A stretch of 64,000 bases of DNA from Candidatus Bathyarchaeota archaeon (GCA_963777155.1 CAVZPM010000001.1:160001-224000), one strand, 5' to 3'. Shown: positions 29,111 to 40,444, numbered from the stretch's first letter. Program-made: numbers and translations. Notes: generated from the letters alone by a model not told the origin.

Positions 29111-30346
29111 CTAACCGTGGCCCACATGGCTACGGCTTATTTTTTGTTTATTTTTCATGAACTGTTCCAGACGGTTGAATGCTTCTTCAAGCACTTCGCA
29201 GGGAGGCAGGAAGACGATTCTTGCATGGTCTTTACCGTACACTGGGTCAAATCCTGAGCCATTTACAATCAGAACGCCTGTTTCTCTAAGGAGTTGCACG
29301 ACGAATTCCATGTCGGTTTTCCATCTTGTGCCAACTTCATGGATTTTTGGGAATATGTAGAAGGCGCCTTCGGGTTTGGTTGCGCTGATTCCCTCGATTT
29401 CATTTAGGCGTTTCCAAGCGTAGTCGCGTCTTTCGCGAAGCTTTTCAACGATACCTTTGACAAAGTCTTGTGGACCATTAAGCGCAGCTGCACCAGCTAT
29501 TTGTACTGGTGTGTTGGCGCAGAGGCGGATGCGGCATTGCTTCTCAACTCCTAAGCGGAGGTCTTCAAGGACTTTGCCTTCACCCTTGAAGTACATATAG
29601 CCAAGTCGCCAGCCAGTCATCTGATAAACTTTGGAGAACCCGTTCAAACCCACTACAGGCACGTCTTTGGCCAAGTGAGCAGCACTGACAAATTCCTTTT
29701 CATAAGTTAATTGATCATAAATCTCGTCGGAGAGAACAGGCAGGTTGTGTTCGCCTGCGATGTCAAGCATTTCCTTTATCATTTTGCCGCTGTACACTGC
29801 ACCTGTTGGGTTGTTTGGGTTGGTTATGACGATGGCGCGGGTTTTAGGCGAGATTTTGCTACGAAGGTCATCGATGTTTGGTATCCAGCCTTCCTTTTCG
29901 ATGGTTTCGTAGGAAACTGGGGTGCCCTCGAAGAATTTGGTGTAGGAAATGTAGGGTGGATAAGTTGGTCCTGGAAAGAGGATTTCGTCGCCTTTCTCAA
30001 CCAGTGCAGCCAATATCATCTGGATGCCTTCGGAAATGCCCTCGGTGATTATGACGTTGCCTGCGGTTATGTCTATGTTGTTGACTCGTTTTTCTTTTCG
30101 TACTATGGCTTCTCGAAGTTCAGGTCTGCCCTCTGACTGAGAATAATAATTATCGTCTTGGTCGATCGCTTTGCAAAGGGCATCTTTCACATACTGGGGC
30201 GTTTTAAAGTCGAATGCGGCGGGGTCGCCGATGTTTAGGTAATAGATTTTTTTACCGTTCTTTATGAGCTCTTGAGTGTGAACTATAACGTCTCGTATGG
30301 CATACTCTATGTTGCTTGCCCTTTTCGTGACCTTAACGTGCGCCAA
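29111..30346 (-). CDS. Class I/II PLP aminotransferase (alanine aminotransferase-like)
   Basis: 'YAIRD', 'LNIGDP', 'NPNNPTG', 'DEIY', 'GFSKVYQMTGWRLG'. Confidence 0.92.
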   Translation of the reverse strand: MAHVKVTKRASNIEYAIRDVIVHTQELIKNGKKIYYLNIGDPAAFDFKTPQYVKDALCKAIDQDDNYYSQSEGRPELREAIVRKEKRVNNIDITAGNVIITEGISEGIQMILAALVEKGDEILFPGPTYPPYISYTKFFEGTPVSYETIEKEGWIPNIDDLRSKISPKTRAIVITNPNNPTGAVYSGKMIKEMLDIAGEHNLPVLSDEIYDQLTYEKEFVSAAHLAKDVPVVGLNGFSKVYQMTGWRLGYMYFKGEGKVLEDLRLGVEKQCRIRLCANTPVQIAGAAALNGPQDFVKGIVEKLRERRDYAWKRLNEIEGISATKPEGAFYIFPKIHEVGTRWKTDMEFVVQLLRETGVLIVNGSGFDPVYGKDHARIVFLPPCEVLEEAFNRLEQFMKNKQKISRSHVGHG

Positions 30347-30495
30347 ACTGTGTTACCTGTAACCAGAACACTTGATAGCCCAAAAAATAAATGTTCCTAA
30401 CATCAAAACTTGTAGTTAGGTTAGACAAACACCAAAAATGGTTTTCAGCACATTTTTATTCCCGATTCCCCTAAAGTACAAATCGTTTTTGGTGA

Positions 30496-32319
30496 ATGAT
30501 AATGCAGGGATGGACAGGTTTTTTCCTAAAAGTAGATTTAACCAAAAGCCAAGCTTCAGCCGAACCCTACAGTGAAGATTTGGCGTTGAATTTTTTGGGC
30601 GGCAGAGGCTTTGCAATCAAAATTCTCTGGGACACCCTCAAACAGGGAACCGATCCCTTATCGCCCGAAAACAAACTAATCTTCGCCACTGGACCACTAA
30701 CGGGTATCGGGTTGCCCAACAGCGGCAAACTCGTTATCGCCTCAAAAAGCCCTTTAACCGGCGGATATGGCGACGGCAACTCGGGGTCATGGGCAGCCGT
30801 TAACATGCGCAAAGCCGGCTACGACGCCCTTGTCATTGAAGGCAAAGCATCCAAACCCGTCACTCTTCACATCAAAGACCGAACGTGGGAGTTTCTGGAC
30901 GCGTCCGACCTGTGGGGCAAAAGTACCTTTGAAGTCGACGATCAACTTCGAAAGAAATACTCTAAATTAGCTGGCATCCTTTCCATAGGTCCAGCCGGAG
31001 AGAACCTTGTCAGGTTCGCAACTGTTGTTTCCCAGAAGGGACGTTCAGGCGGACGCCCTGGAATGGGCGCGGTCATGGGCTCAAAAAACCTCAAAGCTAT
31101 CGTGGTTGAAGGCACCCAACCTATACCTTTAGCGTACCCTGATGAAATGAAGCGGCTGGCAATAGACGGTTACAAGGAGCTTTTAACTAAACCCGTCTAT
31201 CAATTCTGGAAAAGACAAGGCACCATGTCAACCGTCGAGTGGTGTCAAGAAAACAGTTGTCTTCCAACATTCAATTACAAGCAAGGCGTTTTTGACAAAG
31301 CCGAGGGCATAAGCGGTTTTACAATGGAGAAAATGAAGGTTTCCAACCGTGGATGCCCGCAGTGCAACATGACATGCGGCAATGTTGTTAAGGACAGCGA
31401 GGGCAAAGATTCTGAGTTGGACTATGAGAACGTAGTTATGCTTGGCTCAAACATAGGACTGGGAAACCTTGCGCAAGTAGCTACATTAAACCGCTTGGCA
31501 GACGAATTTAGCTTTGACGCTATCTCTCTTGGTAGCGTGATCGGGTTTGCAATGGAAGCCTCTGAGAAAGGACTAATTCCAGAGAAAATTGGCTGGGGTG
31601 ACTTTGAAGCGATTAAAGCTTTGATCAGCGATATTGCTTACCGGCGTGGTTTAGGGGCTGTTTTAGCTGACGGTGTCCGAGCTGCATCCGTAACTATCGG
31701 CAAAGGGTCGAGTGATTGGGCGATGCACGTTAAAGGCTTAGAAGTCTCTGCCTACGACTGTCACATTGCTCCAGGCATGGCTTTAGCTTACGGCACAAGT
31801 TCCATTGGCGCCCACCACAAAGACGCCTGGATCATCACTTGGGAACAAAAAGCTGGCAGAGAAAAATACGACGAAGCAAAAGTGGATCATCTCATTAAAA
31901 CGCAGCTCTTGCGCGGCGGCGCATTTGAGGCTTTGACTGTTTGCCGCTTTCCCAACGGCTCATTGGGATTTGAGCTTGAATGGTACCACAAGTACCTGCG
32001 GGCATCAACTGGAAAGAACTTTTCGATTGAGCAACTAAACCAGATTGGCGACCGAATACTCAATCTAATCCGCGCTTTCTGGGTACGGGAATACGGAGAC
32101 AAGTGGAGTCGGGATTTAGATGTTCCGCCTATGCGTTGGTTCAAAGAGCCTTTAACCGATGGTCCCCTGAAGGGCGCAGTGCTTGACTGGGAAAAATACA
32201 ACTCAATGCTTGACATTTATTATCAGAAGCGCGGCTGGGATAAGAATGGGGTTCCAAAAAAAGAAACCTTGGAAGGGTTGGGGTTAGCTGACGTGACAAG
32301 CCAGCTTAAGCTGAGCTAA
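30496..32319 (+). CDS. aor: Aldehyde:ferredoxin oxidoreductase (W/Mo-pterin AOR family)
   Basis: 'FLGGRG', 'KSPLTG', 'IGPAGENLV', 'GAVMGSKNLKA', CxxCxxxC, 'YYQKRGWD'. Confidence 0.93.
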   Translation: MIMQGWTGFFLKVDLTKSQASAEPYSEDLALNFLGGRGFAIKILWDTLKQGTDPLSPENKLIFATGPLTGIGLPNSGKLVIASKSPLTGGYGDGNSGSWAAVNMRKAGYDALVIEGKASKPVTLHIKDRTWEFLDASDLWGKSTFEVDDQLRKKYSKLAGILSIGPAGENLVRFATVVSQKGRSGGRPGMGAVMGSKNLKAIVVEGTQPIPLAYPDEMKRLAIDGYKELLTKPVYQFWKRQGTMSTVEWCQENSCLPTFNYKQGVFDKAEGISGFTMEKMKVSNRGCPQCNMTCGNVVKDSEGKDSELDYENVVMLGSNIGLGNLAQVATLNRLADEFSFDAISLGSVIGFAMEASEKGLIPEKIGWGDFEAIKALISDIAYRRGLGAVLADGVRAASVTIGKGSSDWAMHVKGLEVSAYDCHIAPGMALAYGTSSIGAHHKDAWIITWEQKAGREKYDEAKVDHLIKTQLLRGGAFEALTVCRFPNGSLGFELEWYHKYLRASTGKNFSIEQLNQIGDRILNLIRAFWVREYGDKWSRDLDVPPMRWFKEPLTDGPLKGAVLDWEKYNSMLDIYYQKRGWDKNGVPKKETLEGLGLADVTSQLKLS

Positions 32320-32331
32320 GAGGCACTTAGT

Positions 32332-33774
32332 TTAGTATGACCTTGCGAAATACGCTGTTTCCTTGGCTTTCTCTCCACAGACGATGCAGTTGGTTGTCGG
32401 TTGCTCAACTTGGAATGGTCGAACCCGGATGGTTGCGCCTGTTTCATCTTTTACTTTTGCCTCGCAGTCTGGGCTACCGCACCACGCTGCCTTGACGAAT
32501 CCACCCTTTTCCTCTAGCACTTTTTTGAATTCCTCATAGTTTTGGACGGCAGTGGTTTTTTCTTGGAGGATGGCTTTAGCTTTGGCAAGCAAGTTATCCT
32601 GTATTTCCTCCAGTAGCTTTTCGACTGTTGCTGGAATGTCGTCCACTTTAACTGGTGTTTTCAAGCCTGTGTCGCGTCGAACCATCACAACTTGTTCTTG
32701 TTTGAGGTCGCGTGGGCCGAGTTCTATGCGGATGGGGATGCCTTTGAGTTCCCACTGGTGGAATTTCCAGCCTGGAGTGTACTCGTTGCGGTCATCTAAG
32801 ATTACGCTGATGCCTTTGGCTTTGAGGGTCTCCGCGATTTGCTTGGTTTTTGCTGCGATAGCTTCAGCTTCTTGACCCTTGAATGGAATTGGAACGATAA
32901 CAACTTGTGTTGGCGCAACTTTGGGCGGCATAATCAAGCCTTTGTCGTCACCGTGAACCATAATCATAGCGCCGATAAGTCGGGTGGTGATGCCCCAGCT
33001 GGTCTGCCAAACAAAGTGGTCTTGTTTGTCTTCACCGATGAATTTTACATCGAATACTTTAGCGAAGTGTTGGCCGAGGTTGTGGCTGGTTCCCATCTGT
33101 AGGGCTTTTCCGTCAGGCATGATAGATTCGAGCGCTGTGGTGTAGAGGGCGCCTGCAAACTTTTCGCTGTCACTTTTGGTACCGGTGACCACTGGGATCG
33201 CCAAGTAGTTTTCAACTACCTCTTTGTACATGTTCAGCGCCCACATTACTTCGGTCTCCGCTTCCTCAGCGGTAGCGTGTGCTGTGTGGCCTTCTTGCCA
33301 GAGGAACTCTCGTGTACGCAAAAACAGCTTCGTTGCCTTGGTTTCCCATCTAACTATGTTACACCATTGATTGATTTTCAGTGGCAAATCTCGCCAGCTT
33401 CGTATCCACTTGCTAAACATAGCATACATTATGGTTTCGCTGGTCGGTCGAACCGCCAGCTTCTCTTCCAGAGGGGTATCTCCTCCCTGAGTAATCCAGG
33501 CAACTTCTGGAGTGAATCCAGCAAAGTGTTCGGCTTCTTTTTTGAGGAATGCTTCTGGGATGAACATGGGGAAGTAAACATTTTGGTGCCCGGTGGCTTT
33601 GATTTTTTGGTTAACAACTTCTTGGATTTTCTCCCAAACTGCGTAGGCGTCGGGGCGAATAATCATGCAACCTTTAACAGGTGCGTAATCTGCAAGTTCA
33701 GCTTTCAGGACAACTTCAACGTACCATTCGCTGAAGTCTTGACATTTCTTGACTGTTATTCCAGTATCTGACAT
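32332..33774 (-). CDS. proS: Proline--tRNA ligase (archaeal/eukaryotic type)
   Basis: 'FSEWY', 'RPTSET', 'FLRTREFLWQEGHT', 'GTSHNLGQ', C-terminal 'FARSY'; likely start MSDTG at 33774. Confidence 0.96.
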   Translation of the reverse strand: MSDTGITVKKCQDFSEWYVEVVLKAELADYAPVKGCMIIRPDAYAVWEKIQEVVNQKIKATGHQNVYFPMFIPEAFLKKEAEHFAGFTPEVAWITQGGDTPLEEKLAVRPTSETIMYAMFSKWIRSWRDLPLKINQWCNIVRWETKATKLFLRTREFLWQEGHTAHATAEEAETEVMWALNMYKEVVENYLAIPVVTGTKSDSEKFAGALYTTALESIMPDGKALQMGTSHNLGQHFAKVFDVKFIGEDKQDHFVWQTSWGITTRLIGAMIMVHGDDKGLIMPPKVAPTQVVIVPIPFKGQEAEAIAAKTKQIAETLKAKGISVILDDRNEYTPGWKFHQWELKGIPIRIELGPRDLKQEQVVMVRRDTGLKTPVKVDDIPATVEKLLEEIQDNLLAKAKAILQEKTTAVQNYEEFKKVLEEKGGFVKAAWCGSPDCEAKVKDETGATIRVRPFQVEQPTTNCIVCGEKAKETAYFARSY

Positions 33775-34025
33775 TAGGACTCTCTTCTTTTCCATTTCTA
33801 TGCGTGCAGAATATAAAACAGTAACGGGGCTGATTATGAAGAAAGCCTTTTGATGACAAACAATACAACGTTTCAGCGAAAGCAATCCTTGGTTTTTTGT
33901 TGCTAACTTGGCGTTTTTACTGTTTAGCTGTTGAGTTTTGGGTTTTGCTTTTATAGGAAAGGTTTTTAGTGTAGTTATTATATGAGACAGTGAAAAAGTG
34001 TATAGTGTAAAATGAGGTTAACATT

Positions 34026-34754
34026 ATGTCTGTATTTGCAGCACCAGGAGCATATGACCGTGCCATTACCGTTTTCTCGCCTGATGGACGACTATTCCAA
34101 GTAGAATACGCGATGGAACTTGTGAACCGCGGAGCCACCATTATAGGCATCCAATCCACTGAAGGATTAGTTCTCGGTTCAGAAGAAAACATCGAGGTCC
34201 TTGAAGAAGCAGGTTACTCATGGAAAATCTTCCGAGTAGACGACCACATTGGCGCAGCCATAGTTGGTTTAAGTTCAGATGCCAGAATCCTAATTGACCA
34301 AGCAAGAATCTACGCTCAAAGCAACAAACTAACCTACGACGAACCCATAGACGTAGAAGTCGTAACCAAACGCATATGCGACATCCAACAAATGTACACC
34401 CAACACGCAGGTGTCCGACCCTTCGGAGTCTCCATAATCTTCGGCGGAGTCGACAAAACAGGCACACGCGTCTTTGGAACACACCCAAGCGGAACCTACA
34501 GAGGCTACAAAGCAACAGCACTTGGCGCAGGAAGAGAAACAGTTCTTGGTATCCTAAAAGAAGAATACAAAGAAGACCTAACCCTCGACGCCAGCATAAA
34601 ACTTACAGTTAAATGCTTAGTAAAAGCTCTTGAAGCACGCCAGCTGCCACCAAGAATTAAAATCGCAATCATCCCAGCTGCAACACAAAAAATGGAAATG
34701 TTAAACGACAACACAGTGGAAGGTTACATCAAAGAGCTGGGTTCAAGCAAGTGA
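34026..34754 (+). CDS. psmA: Proteasome subunit alpha
   Basis: 'YDRAITVFSPDGRLFQVEYA', 'GVRPFGVS'. Confidence 0.97.
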   Translation: MSVFAAPGAYDRAITVFSPDGRLFQVEYAMELVNRGATIIGIQSTEGLVLGSEENIEVLEEAGYSWKIFRVDDHIGAAIVGLSSDARILIDQARIYAQSNKLTYDEPIDVEVVTKRICDIQQMYTQHAGVRPFGVSIIFGGVDKTGTRVFGTHPSGTYRGYKATALGAGRETVLGILKEEYKEDLTLDASIKLTVKCLVKALEARQLPPRIKIAIIPAATQKMEMLNDNTVEGYIKELGSSK

Positions 34755-34761
34755 AAAACTA

Positions 34762-35451
34762 ATGAGCGAAAAGTTCACCGTCGCACGCCTAACAAGAGAA
34801 AATGAACATTTTGAAATATTAGTTAAGCCCCAAAAAGCGCTCGACTACCGAAACGGCAAAATCGCGGGGATAACCGAGGTTTTAGCCGCTGAAATGATTT
34901 TCGCTGACGCCAACAAAGGCACCAAAGTTTCTGAAGAAGCTATGAAAAAAGCCTTCAAAACATGTGACCCCTTAAAGATTGCAGATGAAATCCTAAAAAA
35001 AGGAACTCTTCAACTAACAACCGACCAAAGACGCAAAATGGTCGAAGACAAAAAAAGACAAGTAATAGACTTCATTTCTCACCAAGCAGTGGATCCAAAA
35101 ACGAATCTGCCACATCCACCTGCACGCATCGAAAACGCGATGGATCAGATTCACTACCCAATTGATCCATACAAGCCAGTTGAGGAACAAGCCAAAGACA
35201 TAGTCAAACTGCTCAGGCCGATTTTGCCGCTGAAGATTGAGCAGGTGAAAGTTGCAGTGAAAATCCCCACACAACACGCAGCCAGGGCATACGGCACAAT
35301 CAAAACGTTAGGCACTATTAAACGGGAAGAATGGCGCGGTGACGGCTCATGGTACGGCGAACTTGAATTACCCGCAGGATCATACGCTTCGCTGATAAAC
35401 AAACTTGGTGACGCAACCAAGGGAACAGGAGAAGCAAAAATAATCTCATAG
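34762..35451 (+). CDS. sdo1: Ribosome maturation protein SBDS/Sdo1
   Basis: 'HFEILV', 'QLTTDQRR', 'DPKTNLPHPPARIE'. Confidence 0.95.
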   Translation: MSEKFTVARLTRENEHFEILVKPQKALDYRNGKIAGITEVLAAEMIFADANKGTKVSEEAMKKAFKTCDPLKIADEILKKGTLQLTTDQRRKMVEDKKRQVIDFISHQAVDPKTNLPHPPARIENAMDQIHYPIDPYKPVEEQAKDIVKLLRPILPLKIEQVKVAVKIPTQHAARAYGTIKTLGTIKREEWRGDGSWYGELELPAGSYASLINKLGDATKGTGEAKIIS

Positions 35452-35478
35452 TAATGGAAAAAAATGATAGGTGATTTT

Positions 35479-36189
35479 ATGCCAACATTCTTTGAAAAAA
35501 AACAGCTTGTTACGCCCGGAGAATTACTCGCTGAAGGCGACTACCTCCCTGGCGAAAACACGTATGTGGAAGCAGGCAAGATTTTTGCCTCAAGGATTGG
35601 ACTCGTAGATAGTGACAATAAGAAAGTAAACGTTGTTGCACTAAGAGCCTTTTATGTGCCAAAAATGGGTGATATTATAATTGGAACAGTCACTGAAGTT
35701 GGATTCAACGGCTGGACCGTCAACATTAAAGCACCCTACACAGCAATGCTTCGTGCATCAGACGTGCTAGCAAGACCCTTTAAACCTCAAAACGACGAGT
35801 TATCGCAAGTCTTAACCGCTGGCGACTTAATCGTTGCCAAAATCGCATCCTTCGACAGAGCACACGACCCACAATTAACAGTCGGCGAACCGGGACTCGG
35901 AAAAATTACACGCGGTCAAATCCTACATGTAACACCAACAAAGATACCCCGCATAATCGGAAGAAAAGGTTCGATGATTTCGATGATAAAACAGGAAACT
36001 AACTGCCAAATAATCCTTGGACTTAACGGCGTCATCTTGGTCACGGGAAAAGCTCTGGAAGACGAGGAACTTGCCATATTTGTAATTAGAAAAATAGAGG
36101 AAGAATCCCATACAAGCGGTCTTACAGATCGCATAACACAGTTGCTAAAAGAAAAGAAACAAGTTAAAGTGGAGGAAAAAGTAGAATGA
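35479..36189 (+). CDS. rrp4: Exosome RNA-binding protein Rrp4
   Basis: 'VTPGELL', S1 domain, KH '[11 protein letters not shown]', '[10 protein letters not shown]'. Confidence 0.95.
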   Translation: MPTFFEKKQLVTPGELLAEGDYLPGENTYVEAGKIFASRIGLVDSDNKKVNVVALRAFYVPKMGDIIIGTVTEVGFNGWTVNIKAPYTAMLRASDVLARPFKPQNDELSQVLTAGDLIVAKIASFDRAHDPQLTVGEPGLGKITRGQILHVTPTKIPRIIGRKGSMISMIKQETNCQIILGLNGVILVTGKALEDEELAIFVIRKIEEESHTSGLTDRITQLLKEKKQVKVEEKVE

Positions 36190-36920
36190 ATGAAAAACAA
36201 GAGAAATTAATCGACAAGAAAGGCATTCGATTAGACGGCAGAAAAGCCGACGAACTTCGCCCTGTAAAACTTCAAGTAGGCGTACTCGGAAACGCTGATG
36301 GATCAGCCTACATTGAACACGGAAAAAACAAGATTTTAGCCGCAGCATTCGGCCCAAGAGAAGTGCATCCAAAACACCTAATGCAAGCTGACCGGATGGT
36401 CTTAAAAGTCCGCTATCACATGGCACCCTTCTCTGTACAAGAAAGAAAATCTCCCGCACCCTCAAGAAGAGAAGTTGAACTCTCAAAAGTCATAAAAGAA
36501 TCTCTAGAACCAGCACTATTCCTCGAACTCTATCCACGAACAGGAGTTGACGTTTTTATTGAGGTCTTGCAAGCTGACGGAGGAACAAGGTGTGCAGCCA
36601 TTACCGCAGCCGCATTAGCCATCGCAGACGCAGGTGTTCCAATGCGCGACTTAGTTGTAGGATGCGCAGCAGGAAAAGTCGACGACACAGTAGTCCTTGA
36701 CTTATACGATGCAGAAGACAAACTCGGCGCCGCAGATGTTCCAGTAGCTTACATGCCAAGCTTAAACGCGATTACCCTGCTACAAATGGACGGCATTTTG
36801 GATCCTGAAGAATTCGAAAAAGCCGTGAACATGGCGATGGAAGGATGCAAGAAAATCTATGAAATGCAAAAGGAAGCATTAAAGACTAAATACATGGTTG
36901 TAAAAGAGGTTGAAGAATAA
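36186..36920 (+). CDS. rrp41: Exosome exonuclease Rrp41
   Basis: '[12 protein letters not shown]', '[10 protein letters not shown]', 'QADGGTR'. Confidence 0.97.
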   Translation: MNEKQEKLIDKKGIRLDGRKADELRPVKLQVGVLGNADGSAYIEHGKNKILAAAFGPREVHPKHLMQADRMVLKVRYHMAPFSVQERKSPAPSRREVELSKVIKESLEPALFLELYPRTGVDVFIEVLQADGGTRCAAITAAALAIADAGVPMRDLVVGCAAGKVDDTVVLDLYDAEDKLGAADVPVAYMPSLNAITLLQMDGILDPEEFEKAVNMAMEGCKKIYEMQKEALKTKYMVVKEVEE

Positions 36921-37711
36921 TGTCATCACTTGTAACTAAAGTTAGATTGAAGCAAATTGAACAACTCATAGAGAAAGGCAAACGTCTAGATGACAGAGGC
37001 TTACTCGACACCCGCGAAATCAAAATCGAACAAGGCGTAATCGAGAAAGCTGAAGGCTCCGCAAGAGTCTTTCTGGGCAAAACCCAAGTTCTCGTCGGCG
37101 TAAAAGTCGAAACAGGAGAACCATTCCCAGACACACCAAACGAAGGTGTCCTAACAGTAAACGCAGAACTCGTTCCCGTTGCTTCACCCAACTTTGAACC
37201 AGGACCACCAGACGAAAACAGCATCGAATTAGCCCGCGTAGTAGACAGAGGCATCAGAGAATCAAAATGCATCGACAACGAAAAACTATGCATTGAACCC
37301 GGCAAAAAAGTATTCGTTGTCTTCGTTGACGTGTACATACTAAACCACGATGGAAACCTAATTGACGCAGCAGCATTAGCAGCTATGGCTGCACTGATGA
37401 ACACCAAAATGCCCAACTTCGAAATCAAAGACGGCGAACTAAAAATCAAACAAGGATACACACCACTACCAGTAAAGGGTCACCCAATAACAGTCACCAC
37501 CGGCAAAATAAGCGGCCACCTAATTTCAGACCCAACGGCAGAAGAAGAACAAGTCATGGACTCACGCATAACCTTCGCAACTAAAGAAGACGGAAAAATA
37601 TGTGCCATTCAGAAAGGCGGCTCAGGCTATTTCTCACCACAACAGATTTTAGAAGCCTCAAAGATTGCTCTGGACAAAGCAGCAGAACTGCGCAAGAAAC
37701 TTGATTGGTGA
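36920..37711 (+). CDS. rrp42: Exosome subunit Rrp42
   Basis: 'KAEGSARV', 'EPGPPDENSIELARVVDRGIRES', 'AIQKGG'. Confidence 0.97.
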   Translation: MSSLVTKVRLKQIEQLIEKGKRLDDRGLLDTREIKIEQGVIEKAEGSARVFLGKTQVLVGVKVETGEPFPDTPNEGVLTVNAELVPVASPNFEPGPPDENSIELARVVDRGIRESKCIDNEKLCIEPGKKVFVVFVDVYILNHDGNLIDAAALAAMAALMNTKMPNFEIKDGELKIKQGYTPLPVKGHPITVTTGKISGHLISDPTAEEEQVMDSRITFATKEDGKICAIQKGGSGYFSPQQILEASKIALDKAAELRKKLDW

Positions 37712-38037
37712 AAAAGTTGCCTAAGATGAAGAAAGTTGGTCCAACACGAGGGTTAGGAGTACGGTACGGTTCAACAGTTAGGAAACGCTATATGAAAGTG
37801 ATCACTGAGCTCAGAAAACCCCATAGATGTCCACAATGCGGCTTTATCCGCGTTAAACGCGAAAGCGTCGGCATCTGGAAATGCAGCAAATGCGATTTCA
37901 CATTTGCAGGCGGAGCATACACACCAGTAACCAAGCTAGGTGTTGTGGCCAAACGTGCAGCTAAAGGTGCACCAGTTGAAGAAACCACCAAAGCTGTAGA
38001 AGCAGTTGAATCGGCAACTGAAGAAGAAACCGAATAA
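37705..38037 (+). CDS. rpl37ae: 50S ribosomal protein L37Ae (eL43); start may be slightly downstream
   Basis: 'GVRYG', CPQC...WKCSKC, 'FAGGAYTP'. Confidence 0.95.
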   Translation: MVKKLPKMKKVGPTRGLGVRYGSTVRKRYMKVITELRKPHRCPQCGFIRVKRESVGIWKCSKCDFTFAGGAYTPVTKLGVVAKRAAKGAPVEETTKAVEAVESATEEETE

Positions 38038-38114
38038 ACCTTCTTTTCTTTTTGTTCAATTTTCATTTTCTCTTTATTACTTAGAATAACTGTTTTAGCT
38101 TAAGGAATATCTCA

Positions 38115-38372
38115 ATGTCAACCAGCGCTAAAGCTGAAATACGCTTAAAACTCGCAAATCAAAAACAAGTCAAAACACTCCTAGACGCGTTAACTCCTGA
38201 AGCCAACGCACCAGTAACAAGGCGAGCCAACATCAAACTCCAAAAAGACGGCTTATTTCTTGTCTTAGTAGTTGAGGCTAAAGACACTGTTGCCCTGCGA
38301 GCAACATTAAACGCTTATCTGAGATGGATAAACTCAACAGTCAATGTTATGCAATTTGTTGAAGACGCCTAA
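38115..38372 (+). CDS. pcc1: KEOPS subunit Pcc1
   Basis: 'ALTPE', 'AKDTVALRATLNAYLRW'. Confidence 0.88.
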   Translation: MSTSAKAEIRLKLANQKQVKTLLDALTPEANAPVTRRANIKLQKDGLFLVLVVEAKDTVALRATLNAYLRWINSTVNVMQFVEDA

Positions 38373-38519
38373 TTTGCTATGATACTTCTGTGCATAGTTT
38401 TACCAGATTATTTTTAGGTTAATAGAGAATGGTCGTAGAAACTATGGGGGCAGTATTAGGGTTTTCTAAACTATGAGTGCCTTCAAAAATTTCTGTTTTG
38501 GTGAGTTGCCAATCGGAGT

Positions 38520-38774
38520 CTATTTGTATTTTACTTTAAAAAATAGAATCATCACGGCTTGGACAAAAGCTAAAGAGTTCGCGATAATTATTGGAAAATC
38601 GTTAACCAAAACCCCGTAGATAAACCATAGGAACACTCCAGCACAGAATAAAGAGAACATTCCTGTGGAGATGTCTTTGGTTGATTTTGTTTTGTAAACT
38701 TTGATTAACTGAGGGAGAAGCGAGACTGTGGTGAATAGGGCAGCAATTAATCCTATCCCTGTTATAGCGTCCAT
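38520..38774 (-). CDS. SemiSWEET-family (PQ-loop) transporter
   Basis: 'TTVSLLPQLIKVYKTKSTKDIS', 'LWFIYG', 'PIIIAN'; ATG at 38774. Confidence 0.9.
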   Translation of the reverse strand: MDAITGIGLIAALFTTVSLLPQLIKVYKTKSTKDISTGMFSLFCAGVFLWFIYGVLVNDFPIIIANSLAFVQAVMILFFKVKYK

Positions 38775-38958
38775 GAAGACTTTTCTTGCGTTACGAATGG
38801 TATTTAGTTTTCGATTGACAAAGCAATATTCATATGAACATCGCAATAATCATTGTTTTGCATTAACGGATGATGGTTCTTTTTGGAAAGGAAGGTTTAA
38901 ATAAATACCGTCATATTTCGTATATGCTTTAAGTTAAAAAAACGGATGAAAATTTAGC

Positions 38959-39450
38959 ATGTCACAGCAGGAATATCGCTATATACTTCGTATCATGGGT
39001 ACAGACGTTCAAGGTACCTTAAAGACGTCTTACGCCGTAGCGCAAATCAAAGGCGTAAGCGCAGCTCTCTCAAACGCCATCCTCAGGAAGGCAGGCGTAA
39101 ACCCTGACCTACGAGTTGGCTTTATCACAGAGTCAGACATCTCAAAAATAGAGGATGTTATAAAGGACCCAGTAAAATATGGTATACCCAGCTGGATGTT
39201 TAATCGTCGAAAAGACTCAGACTCCGGAAAAGACGGTCACGTTTTAAGCGCTGACCTTGCATTCAAGATAAAAACTGACATTGACGGAGCCAAAGAAATC
39301 AGGTCTTGGCGTGGATACCGTCATGCTTACAGCCTGAAAGTTCGTGGTCAAAGAACCAAAACCACTGGAAGAGCAGGCAAAGCTTTGGGAGTTAAGAAGA
39401 AGACTCTGATGCAGAAGCCAGGTGGAGCACCAGCTGAAGGAGGCAAATAA
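38959..39450 (+). CDS. rps13: 30S ribosomal protein S13
   Basis: 'WMFNRRKD', '[20 protein letters not shown]'. Confidence 0.97.
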   Translation: MSQQEYRYILRIMGTDVQGTLKTSYAVAQIKGVSAALSNAILRKAGVNPDLRVGFITESDISKIEDVIKDPVKYGIPSWMFNRRKDSDSGKDGHVLSADLAFKIKTDIDGAKEIRSWRGYRHAYSLKVRGQRTKTTGRAGKALGVKKKTLMQKPGGAPAEGGK

Positions 39451-39452
39451 GT

Positions 39453-40040
39453 ATGGGAGATCCAAAGAAGCAACGTAAGAAATTTGATACTCCACGTTTC
39501 CGTTGGCGTAAAGATGTTCTCCAAGAAGAACTGAAACTTCTGGGGCAATTTGGCTTAAGAAACAAACATGAACTTTGGCGCCACAAGACTGCTCTGTCCA
39601 AAAACAGAAGCATCGCCCGTTCACTCATCAGCAAATCCACTGAAGAAAGAACAAAGATGGAAAGCGAACTGCTGGCCCAACTTAAAAAGAAGGGTATTCT
39701 GCAAGAGACAGCAGTGTTGGACAACGTATTAGACTTAACTATTGAAGACATATTGGAACGAAGACTCCAAACATTCGTTTTCCGAAAAGGCTTAGCAAGA
39801 ACAGTCTTCCAATCACGCCAGCTAATTACACACGGGCACATAACTATCGATGGCCGCCGAGTAACAATCCCCGGCTATATAGTTCTAAAAGAGGATGAAG
39901 CAAAAATAGTGTACTCACCAGAAAGTGCAATCGCAACTCCAGAACACACATTACGCGTTGGATTAACAGTGGTCGCTAAACAAGTCGAAGCTAGACCACC
40001 TCAAAGAGGCCGCAGAGGCGGACGAGGCGGCAGATTTTGA
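39453..40040 (+). CDS. rps4: 30S ribosomal protein S4
   Basis: '[14 protein letters not shown]', 'ILERRLQT', 'RQLITHGHI'. Confidence 0.97.
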   Translation: MGDPKKQRKKFDTPRFRWRKDVLQEELKLLGQFGLRNKHELWRHKTALSKNRSIARSLISKSTEERTKMESELLAQLKKKGILQETAVLDNVLDLTIEDILERRLQTFVFRKGLARTVFQSRQLITHGHITIDGRRVTIPGYIVLKEDEAKIVYSPESAIATPEHTLRVGLTVVAKQVEARPPQRGRRGGRGGRF

Positions 40041-40444
40041 GCGCTCCCAACAATAAACGCAACGAGAAGTGGGCAATCGTCCACATCTTCAGCTCTTACA
40101 ACAATACCTTAATCCATATAACTGACATTTCAGGCGCAGAAACAATCGCCCGTACAACCGGCGGAATGTTCGTTAAAGCTGACCGCATGGAATCTTCACC
40201 ATACGCAGCCATGCGAGCATCAACTGGAGCAGCCGAAATCGCACGCGACAAAGGAATAACAGCAATACACATTAAAGTCAGAGCTCCAGGCGGCGCAGGA
40301 CCAAGAACACCTGGACCAGGCGCACAAGCAGCCATCCGAGCATTAGCCAGATTCGGCTTCCGCATTGAACGCATCGAAGAAGTCACGCCAATCCCACATG
40401 ACGGAACAAGAAGACCCGGCGGAAGAAGAGGCAGAAGAGTCTAA
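40037..40444 (+). CDS. rps11: 30S ribosomal protein S11
   Basis: '[17 protein letters not shown]', 'SSPYAAM', 'PGGRRGRRV'. Confidence 0.97.
   Translation: MSAPNNKRNEKWAIVHIFSSYNNTLIHITDISGAETIARTTGGMFVKADRMESSPYAAMRASTGAAEIARDKGITAIHIKVRAPGGAGPRTPGPGAQAAIRALARFGFRIERIEEVTPIPHDGTRRPGGRRGRRV

Noticed and set aside
33775-33885. Long N-terminal extensions given by the ORF track for proS, mvk, UbiD, SemiSWEET and DUF126
   Set aside because: They span promoter or upstream-gene DNA and lack family similarity, so downstream starts were chosen.
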